A DNA stretch of 35,229 bases. Origin: Candidatus Aenigmatarchaeota archaeon. GTDB lineage: Archaea > EX4484-52. The stretch is from the NCBI GenBank assembly GCA_023137195.1, contig JAGLPV010000032.1:1-35229 (forward strand), given 5' to 3'. A program made the position numbers and the translations under genes. Positions 28,890-35,229 of the stretch are shown here, in pieces (the first letter of the stretch is position 1; every line of letters begins with the position of its first letter). The notes under the pieces are model-generated. The model worked only from the letters and a program-made list of their open reading frames with translations. It was not told the DNA's origin and did not search any database.

Positions 28890-30113
28890 TTATTGATATC
28901 TCAACGCATCAACAGGCTCTAAAGCTGCCGCCTGCTTTGCCGGCAAAACCCCTGAAACAACTCCTAAAATCGTAGAAAATGCAAGAGCACCGACAATCAA
29001 ATAAATATCATAATTCACGGTAAGCAAGTTCTGCTGCAAAACAACAACAGTTATATATTCTGCAGATTTGCTGATAGAATAGCCGATAATCACTCCCATC
29101 GCCCCACCAATAAACCCATATATTCCTGCCTCAAACAAAAAAACAGACAATATCTGGCTATCTTTTGCTCCTATTGCCTTCATTATACCGATATCTTTTG
29201 TACGCTCTATGATTGAAGTATACATAGTATTCATTATGCCCACTCCCCCTACTATCAGAGCAATAGATGCTATTGCAATCAACACAGCATTGACTACACT
29301 TAAAACCGAATCAACACTGCTCAACAACTGCTCTGTTGTCTGGACCTGAAAACTTTCCTCTCCTTCTTTCTCTCTTCTTTCACGCCTCAATTTCTTTTTC
29401 AGAATTTCAGCCAGAGCTGCAGGCTCTACATTCGGCTTGACTTTCACAAGAATTATATTATATTCGTCTTTTGTTCCGAATAATTCACTTGCTGCATCAA
29501 AAGTTATATAAACGCTTGAATCATCCTGGGAATTGCCGATTCTATCAACTATTCCGATGACAGTAAATGGTTTGTCCATTATATATATCTTGTCTCTTAA
29601 ATTTGGTCTTTTGTCAAAATAATCAGTATAGGCGATATCGTATCCAATCAATGTTTCCTTGTCATTTCCTGCTTTTAAATCACGACCTTTGAGTACCTCG
29701 AAAGATTCCATGTCTTTAAAAATCTCCTGCGTGTCATCTGTCGGAAGACCATTAACAAAACTGTATTTTGTTTTATCTTTATATTTTACAGCAACTGATT
29801 TAAAAGTCATCCCTCCTGCCAAATCGACCCCGCTTTGTTTTTTTATTATCTTTAGGTCATCTTCAGTCAATTTAGCTGCGGAAGTCATCATGTTCATCAT
29901 CCCGATGCCTCCTGCTCCCCCGGGCATAACCATAATCTTATCAGAACCCATTTTTTCAAACTCGTCATTGATGGCAGACCTCATACCATCTCCCAGAGAG
30001 ATTAAAGATACTACTGCCGCAATACCAATAAAAATGCCAATCATTGTCAGCCAGGAACGTATTTTCCTGTGTCTTATACTTTTGACTGCCAAACCGAAAA
30101 AATCAGCTATCAT
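28890..30113 (-). CDS. ABC transporter permease, MacB/FtsX family
   Basis: RSWLTMIGIFIGIAAVV, VGGVGIMNTM, ERTKDIGIMKAIGA, PVDALRY. Confidence 0.93.
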   Translation of the reverse strand: MIADFFGLAVKSIRHRKIRSWLTMIGIFIGIAAVVSLISLGDGMRSAINDEFEKMGSDKIMVMPGGAGGIGMMNMMTSAAKLTEDDLKIIKKQSGVDLAGGMTFKSVAVKYKDKTKYSFVNGLPTDDTQEIFKDMESFEVLKGRDLKAGNDKETLIGYDIAYTDYFDKRPNLRDKIYIMDKPFTVIGIVDRIGNSQDDSSVYITFDAASELFGTKDEYNIILVKVKPNVEPAALAEILKKKLRRERREKEGEESFQVQTTEQLLSSVDSVLSVVNAVLIAIASIALIVGGVGIMNTMYTSIIERTKDIGIMKAIGAKDSQILSVFLFEAGIYGFIGGAMGVIIGYSISKSAEYITVVVLQQNLLTVNYDIYLIVGALAFSTILGVVSGVLPAKQAAALEPVDALRYQ

Positions 30114-30472
30114 AGCTATTAAAAGAATATAAATTATATAAATATAGTTACCCGGCAGTATCTTTTTTCTTTATAGCAAAACACATAAATAATCATAAAA
30201 TTTTCCCCCACGCAAAATACTACTTTTAAGCTTATTTTCTGCTTATACTTTATTCACAGAAGAAAATAATACAAAGAGATAATATCTGTATTTAGATAGT
30301 ATTTATGTATTTTGCTAGTATATTCGACCGCAAAGAGCGGGTGAATATATTCGAAGACGCAAGTATAATTAGCAATATTGCGTCTGAGATTATATCACGT
30401 CACATTACTTGCATTACTTTTGTGTCGCGATATAATTAGAATTGTCGCTTTCAAATGACTGCGCAAAAAGTA

Positions 30473-30769
30473 TTATTCTATATTTCCAAAACCCTGTTTT
30501 TTTAAGAACGCAATTACTTTTGGTTTCTGGTTTCCCTGTAGTTCTATCCTGTCTTCTTTGATAGTACCGCCGCATGCAAGATGCGCCTTTAATTTTTTGC
30601 CCAGTTCCTTTATGTTCACATCTTTTGTATTTATCCCGTCAACTATTGTTGCAAACTTTCCGAACCTTTTTTTTAAAGTAAAAACCTTTATGTTCTGCTG
30701 CTCCTTAAAAAGAGTATTGCAAATGCACAATTCTTTTGGCAAACCGCATTTACTACAAATATCCCCCAT
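30473..30769 (-). CDS. Translation initiation factor SUI1 homolog (aIF1)
   Basis: CSKCGLPKELCIC, RFGK, LACGGT, IELQG. Confidence 0.95.
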   Translation of the reverse strand: MGDICSKCGLPKELCICNTLFKEQQNIKVFTLKKRFGKFATIVDGINTKDVNIKELGKKLKAHLACGGTIKEDRIELQGNQKPKVIAFLKKQGFGNIE

Positions 30770-30792
30770 CTTTTTAGTATCCTCTTATTTTA

Positions 30793-31002
30793 TTATACTC
30801 TTTTTATGTCATTGACATTTATATATGTTTTTATTCTTGCAATTGTTTTTCTGATTTGAGATATTCTTCCCGGGTTTTCAGGAGGACTCCCGATTTGTAT
30901 TTTTCCGCGCTCCTTTAATAACTCAAAATTAAGATCATATAGTATTTTATCAAGTTCTTCCCTTGATTTCTGCTTTATTTCTGAATTTTTTAGTATTGCC
31001 AT
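30793..31002 (-). CDS. rpl29: Ribosomal protein uL29
   Basis: ENPGRISQIRKTIARIKT; start set at ATG (MAILK). Confidence 0.93.
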   Translation of the reverse strand: MAILKNSEIKQKSREELDKILYDLNFELLKERGKIQIGSPPENPGRISQIRKTIARIKTYINVNDIKRV

Positions 31003-31011
31003 ATAATTCAC

Positions 31012-31917
31012 TTAAATATCCTTTTTTGTTGTTTCTTTTTTATCCTCTGCTTTTTTTACACCTGTGTCCTCTTCTTTTTCTTCTTTTTTCGCTTTTTCCT
31101 TAGGGACTTCCTGTTTTTCGCTTTTTACTTCTTCTTTTGTTTCTGTAGTTTTAGCAGGTTCTTTTTTTTCTTCTTCTTTTACCGGTGCCTCGGGCTTCTC
31201 TTTGGTCTCTTCTTCTTTCTCTTTTACCTGTGCTTCCGGTTTTGTTGCCTCTTTGGATTTTGCATCTTCTTCAGCTTTGCATTTTTTTTCATGCTCTGCC
31301 ATTTCTTTTTTCAACTGTGTTTCCAGCACATTAATGTTCCTTTCAAGCTGCATTACATCAGGCATGACTTTCATTATAATTACTTTTATGCCAATTGCAC
31401 CTTGTTTTAATACGGCCAAAACTTTTTTCTTTTCAACGCATGTTTTTGCAGGATCTCCGCATTTCTTAAGATATCCACGATAGAATTTGTCTCCACGGCT
31501 TCTTGAACCGCTTATTTTACCTGTGACATTTATCTCGACTCCGATTGCCCCGGAAGACATTATCTTGTCGATGATAAAAGAAACAACTCTCTTGTGTTTT
31601 TTGCCCTGCTCCAGGGATCTCGCTATAAAATTAGCCATTAAGCTTGCATCAAGGTATGGATTGTCTATGCCATATACATCCATTTTAAGGTTTTTTATTT
31701 TGAATTTCTCATTGATTGTCTCTTTCAACTGCATCAATTTCGAACCCTTAAAACCCACTACTCTTGATGGTCTCTGGGTGTATATTAGAATATGCGTATA
31801 TAATGGTGTTTTTTTAATCACGCACTGGCTTATCTGTCCTTCTCCCAATTCTTTGGTAATAAACCGGTTCATCTCTTCTCTTTGTATCCCGTCTTTAATA
31901 AAATTTAATTCAATCAT
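31012..31917 (-). CDS. rps3: Ribosomal protein uS3 with a long E/K-rich C-terminal tail
   Basis: KH domain RPSRVVGFKG, GAIGVEINVTGK, GYLKKCGDP; start set at MIELNF to avoid overlap with rpl22. Confidence 0.93.
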   Translation of the reverse strand: MIELNFIKDGIQREEMNRFITKELGEGQISQCVIKKTPLYTHILIYTQRPSRVVGFKGSKLMQLKETINEKFKIKNLKMDVYGIDNPYLDASLMANFIARSLEQGKKHKRVVSFIIDKIMSSGAIGVEINVTGKISGSRSRGDKFYRGYLKKCGDPAKTCVEKKKVLAVLKQGAIGIKVIIMKVMPDVMQLERNINVLETQLKKEMAEHEKKCKAEEDAKSKEATKPEAQVKEKEEETKEKPEAPVKEEEKKEPAKTTETKEEVKSEKQEVPKEKAKKEEKEEDTGVKKAEDKKETTKKDI

Positions 31918-31930
31918 AGTATCTGTTAAT

Positions 31931-32374
31931 TTATTTATAAATCTCCTCACACACAATTCCTATACTTGTATTTTTCCTTCTCTGTCCCCTTAAACTTACT
32001 TTTCTTCTCCTTGGGAACCTGAATCCTTTTGTAACAAATACATATTTAATCACCAGCTTATTTTCATCCAGTCCTTTGTCAATTGCATTTTTTTCCAAAG
32101 TATTGAGCAGGTTGTCAAAAGCAAGACATACTTCTTTTGGGTATTTTCCAACTACTCCTCCCTTTCTGTGTCCTGTGGATCTTCGGTATTTGGTAAATTC
32201 AATAGGCTCTTTCTGGGTAATAGCTCTTGTTAGTTTTTCTCTTGCCGGTTTTAATTTCATTCCTTTTATATTCCTTCCAACTTCAACAGAGTATTTTCCT
32301 GATAAAGCCAGGTTTTTTCCGTATACACGGCTGGTAGTCTTAGGGTCTGTTTCAATTGCATATGTTTTTGCCAT
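31931..32374 (-). CDS. rpl22: Ribosomal protein uL22
   Basis: GHRKG..GKYP, KNAIDKGLD; operon position between S19 and S3. Confidence 0.93.
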   Translation of the reverse strand: MAKTYAIETDPKTTSRVYGKNLALSGKYSVEVGRNIKGMKLKPAREKLTRAITQKEPIEFTKYRRSTGHRKGGVVGKYPKEVCLAFDNLLNTLEKNAIDKGLDENKLVIKYVFVTKGFRFPRRRKVSLRGQRRKNTSIGIVCEEIYK

Positions 32375-32391
32375 AATATAATTATAATAAC

Positions 32392-32778
32392 TTATTTCTT
32401 TGCCACATTCTTACTTCCTCTTGTAGCTCCAAGTCCTGCTGCAGAATGAACTGTTCTTTTTCTTGTCTGTGTAAGTTCTCCCAGTCTGTGTCCAAGCATT
32501 TCATTTTGTATTATAACAGAGGTGTATTCTTTCCCCTGGTAAATACCTATTTTTTTCCCGACAAAGCAAGGTAAAACAGGAATGTATCTCAAATGCGTCT
32601 TTACATAATCATTTGGTCCTGCCATTCTTACTTTTTCAATAAATTTTTTCTCGTTTTCTTTTAATCCTCTTTTTATCAATCGTCTCTGTCTTGACTTCAG
32701 CATATTTGAAAAGTCGCCGATTGACAGTTTGTTTAATTCGTCGGGCGTCTTGCCCCTGAAGTGAAATTCTCTTGCCAT
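32392..32778 (-). CDS. rps19: Ribosomal protein uS19
   Basis: FRGKT, KTHLR, EMLGHRLGE, GATRGS. Confidence 0.95.
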   Translation of the reverse strand: MAREFHFRGKTPDELNKLSIGDFSNMLKSRQRRLIKRGLKENEKKFIEKVRMAGPNDYVKTHLRYIPVLPCFVGKKIGIYQGKEYTSVIIQNEMLGHRLGELTQTRKRTVHSAAGLGATRGSKNVAKK

Positions 32779-32876
32779 ATTATTAATGTATATTATTCTC
32801 TCATGTTTTTATCGTCTTTGTTGTGTTTAGCTAAATAACATTGAAAACTTTTTAAATCTAATTACATACCATACTT

Positions 32877-33194
32877 ATGCAAATAGCAAGAATGAAATTG
32901 ACAAGCAATTCAATAGAGCCGTTAAATGAAACTACAGAGAAAATAATAAATCTTTCAAAAAAGTTCAATACAAAGATAAAAGGACCGATAATGTTGCCTA
33001 CAAGGAAGATGAAGATTGTTACAAGGAAAGCTGTTTCGGGTGACGGAACTTCCACGTACGAGAGATGGGAAATGAGAATTCATAAAAGATTGATAGATAT
33101 AAGCATGAATGAAAGAATTCTTAAGCACATTATGCGTCTGGAAATGTCTGATTCAGTAAATATTGAAATAAGATTGTTGGATAAAAAGATGTAA
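32877..33194 (+). CDS. rps10: Ribosomal protein uS10
   Basis: KGPIMLPT, RKAVSGDGTSTYERWEMRIHKRLID. Confidence 0.95.
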   Translation: MQIARMKLTSNSIEPLNETTEKIINLSKKFNTKIKGPIMLPTRKMKIVTRKAVSGDGTSTYERWEMRIHKRLIDISMNERILKHIMRLEMSDSVNIEIRLLDKKM

Positions 33195-33237
33195 GTGTAC
33201 TATTAGTACAATGACATACCTATTAATAGAGAGAACT

Positions 33238-33470
33238 CTCTTGTAGCTCAGTAGGTCGAGACGGAACCTTTTTGCGAAAAAGCTTCAGCAAAAAGCACAC
33301 AACCTCTGTAAGAGAGGTTGAATATCATAATCACAAGTAAAAAGCTCTTGTAGCTCAGTAGGTCGAGACGGAACCTTTTTGCGAAAAAGCTTCAGCAAAA
33401 AGCACACAACCTCTGTAAGAGAGGTTGAATATCATAATCACAAGTAAAAAGCTCTTGTAGCTCAGTAGGT
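33238..33470 (+). repeat. 107-bp tandem repeat (2 full units plus a third start that is the tRNA-Asn 5' end)
   Basis: CTCTTGTAGCTCAGTAGGT recurs at 33238, 33345 and 33452; intervening sequence identical. Confidence 0.95.
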
Positions 33471-33523
33471 AGAGCGCTTGGCTGTTAACCAAGTTGTCAC
33501 AGGTTCGAATCCTGTCAGGAGCG
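33451..33523 (+). tRNA. tRNA-Asn(GTT)
   Basis: Acceptor GCTCTTG/CAGGAGC, D arm GCTC/GAGC, anticodon arm CTTGG-CTGTTAA-CCAAG, T arm ACAGG-TTCGAAT-CCTGT. Confidence 0.97.
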
Positions 33524-33693
33524 TTTTAGCATATGCTTTAGAACCAAAAGTTGTGATAACATCTGATGTAATGGTAAATTCTGCAAAACATTACCATTAC
33601 TTACACTAAATATTTTTTGTGTTTTTATTAAATCCGCGGGATTTTTGCTTGAAGCAGAAAATAACCTTTTAAATCTTCCTTCAATCACATTTT

Positions 33694-34395
33694 ATGAAAA
33701 AAAATGATTTTATTGAAATTGACTACACAGCCAAGATAAAAAACACAGGTGAAGTTTTTGACCTTACCAGTGAAAAGAAAGCAAAGGAATTAAACATATA
33801 CAACAGCAAATATTCCTATCATCCGATAATCATAATTCTCGGTCAGGGATTTATATTGAAATCCCTTGAGGACAAAGTCTTCAAAATCGATGAAAAAGAC
33901 ATCGGAAAAGAGTTTACATTTGCATTTAAGCCGGAAGAGGCATTTGGTCCAAGAGAGCCAAAACTCATAAGGACATTTCCCTCTTCTTTTTTCAAGGCAA
34001 AGGACATGAATCCTGTTGTCGGACAGACAATTGATCTGGAAGATAAAAACGGCAAAAAAATGACAGGCAAAATAATGTCTGTTTCAGCAGGAAGGGTTCG
34101 TGTTGATTTTAATCATGTGCTTGCAGGAAAAGAAATAGAATATGATTTGACGGTAAACAAACTGTTCAAGACAAGAGAAAATAAAATAGATGCAGTGATT
34201 GAAATGTTTGTCCAGTCAAAATCAAAAGATGTAACAAAGCAGATAGACGGAAATGTTGTTACAATTAATCTCCCCTCAGAATTAGACAATGCAGTCATGA
34301 AACAATTGATTGCAAAATATTCAACAGAATTTATCGAAAAGATAGATGAAGTCAAATTTGTCGAAACATTTAAAAACGTGAAAGACAATAAATAA
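33694..34395 (+). CDS. slyD: FKBP-type peptidyl-prolyl isomerase, long archaeal SlyD type
   Basis: IDYT...GEVFDLT, PEEAFG, GRVRVDFNHVLAGK plus C-terminal extension. Confidence 0.92.
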   Translation: MKKNDFIEIDYTAKIKNTGEVFDLTSEKKAKELNIYNSKYSYHPIIIILGQGFILKSLEDKVFKIDEKDIGKEFTFAFKPEEAFGPREPKLIRTFPSSFFKAKDMNPVVGQTIDLEDKNGKKMTGKIMSVSAGRVRVDFNHVLAGKEIEYDLTVNKLFKTRENKIDAVIEMFVQSKSKDVTKQIDGNVVTINLPSELDNAVMKQLIAKYSTEFIEKIDEVKFVETFKNVKDNK

Positions 34396-34453
34396 TATTC
34401 AATACAATATCAATAACAATTATTGATTAGACAAGAAAGAAAAGAGGGGTAAA

Positions 34454-35229
34454 ATGGATTCTTTAATAGAAAATGTACTGGGAAAAGAAGAAGAAAGTGT
34501 AAACACACAGGAACAAAAAATACAGAATAGTATTTTGGAAGATAGTCCGAGAGAGATAATCGACTCATCTGTCCAGAAACAGCAGCAGGCAATTGACGAT
34601 GACCTGAGAACAATTTTAGAAAAAAGAAGGGCAAAAGTAAAAGTCATTGGCTGTGGAGGAGCAGGTAAGAACACACTAAACAGGCTTGCCGATGTGGGAA
34701 TCAAGGGCGCAGATACAATTGCAATCAATACAGATGCGCAGGATTTATTATACACACAGGCAAATGAAAAAATATTGATTGGTGTTGAGCTTACAAGTGG
34801 TCTTGGCGCAGGTTCAACTCCATCGGTTGGAGAAGCTTCTGCAAAAGAGTCAAGAGAAAGCATAAAAAGCGCAATCTCAAAAGCAGATATGACTTTCATT
34901 ACATGCGGTCTGGGTGGAGGAACAGGAACAGGATCCTCGCCAGTAGTTGCAGAGACAGCCAAAAAAAGCGGAGCATTGACAGTTGCTATTGTTACAGTGC
35001 CTTTCACAATGGAAGGAGCCCACAGGATAAACAACGCAAAAGAAGGTCTTGAAAAACTAGAAAGCAATGTAGATACTTTAATAGTAATACCAAACGACAA
35101 ATTACTGGAAATAGCACCGGATGTTTCAATAAACACAGCATTTAAGATAGCAGATGAAATTCTTGTAAATGCAGTAAAAGGAATTACTGAGATGGTAACA
35201 AAACCAGGTCTTATTAATCTTGACTTTGC
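34454..35229 (+). CDS. ftsZ: Cell division protein FtsZ (3' truncated by window)
   Basis: Manual translation: VIGCGGAGKN, AINTDAQDL, GLGAG, CGLGGGTGTG, IPNDKL, PGLINLDF; GAGGGGT RBS; absent from ORF track because there is no stop in the window. Confidence 0.96.
   Translation, partial: MDSLIENVLGKEEESVNTQEQKIQNSILEDSPREIIDSSVQKQQQAIDDDLRTILEKRRAKVKVIGCGGAGKNTLNRLADVGIKGADTIAINTDAQDLLYTQANEKILIGVELTSGLGAGSTPSVGEASAKESRESIKSAISKADMTFITCGLGGGTGTGSSPVVAETAKKSGALTVAIVTVPFTMEGAHRINNAKEGLEKLESNVDTLIVIPNDKLLEIAPDVSINTAFKIADEILVNAVKGITEMVTKPGLINLDF

Noticed and set aside
30310-30468. RNase P RNA or SRP RNA
   Set aside because: No GAGGAAAGUCC-type P4 consensus or SRP helix 8 motif on either strand
31012-31320. 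Low-complexity E/K-rich tail of uS3
   Set aside because: Acidic or charged C-terminal extensions are common in archaeal uS3
33238-33470. Possible mini-CRISPR array
   Set aside because: The 'spacers' are identical, the repeat is the tRNA-Asn 5' end and there are no cas genes
33238-33523. tRNA-Asn with D-loop introns or split tRNA
   Set aside because: An intact uninterrupted tRNA is present at 33451-33523 and no bulge-helix-bulge was evident by eye
34420-35136. 238-aa minus-strand ORF in the track
   Set aside because: Antisense shadow of ftsZ, which runs on the + strand from 34454

Overview
AT-rich archaeal chromosomal window. The gene content (archaeal GluRS, GGGP synthase, EgsA, aIF1, eS26, NcsA, FtsZ), fragmented ribosomal operon and type of large surface proteins suggest a DPANN-type lineage (inference). 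It holds about 33 protein genes, tRNA-Val(TAC) and tRNA-Asn(GTT), with no CRISPR array, transposase or integrase. Main points: (1) a serC-like/serA operon in which SerA carries a C-terminal HAD phosphatase in place of the ACT domain, a candidate new phosphoserine phosphatase, sandwiched between ether-lipid genes; (2) a non-archaeal CoA module with a type II pantothenate kinase and a bacterial-type CoaD-CoaE fusion, suggesting pantetheine salvage; (3) a truncated, active-site-altered AlaRS paralog preceded by two unannotated micro-ORFs sharing a KSxxFxxHYxK motif and a promoter-like 10-mer; (4) an exact 107-bp tandem repeat in which each unit begins with the 5' arm of tRNA-Asn; (5) a surface protein with nested domain insertions; (6) several intergenic multi-hairpin elements. 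All calls come from motif recognition by eye; no searches were run.
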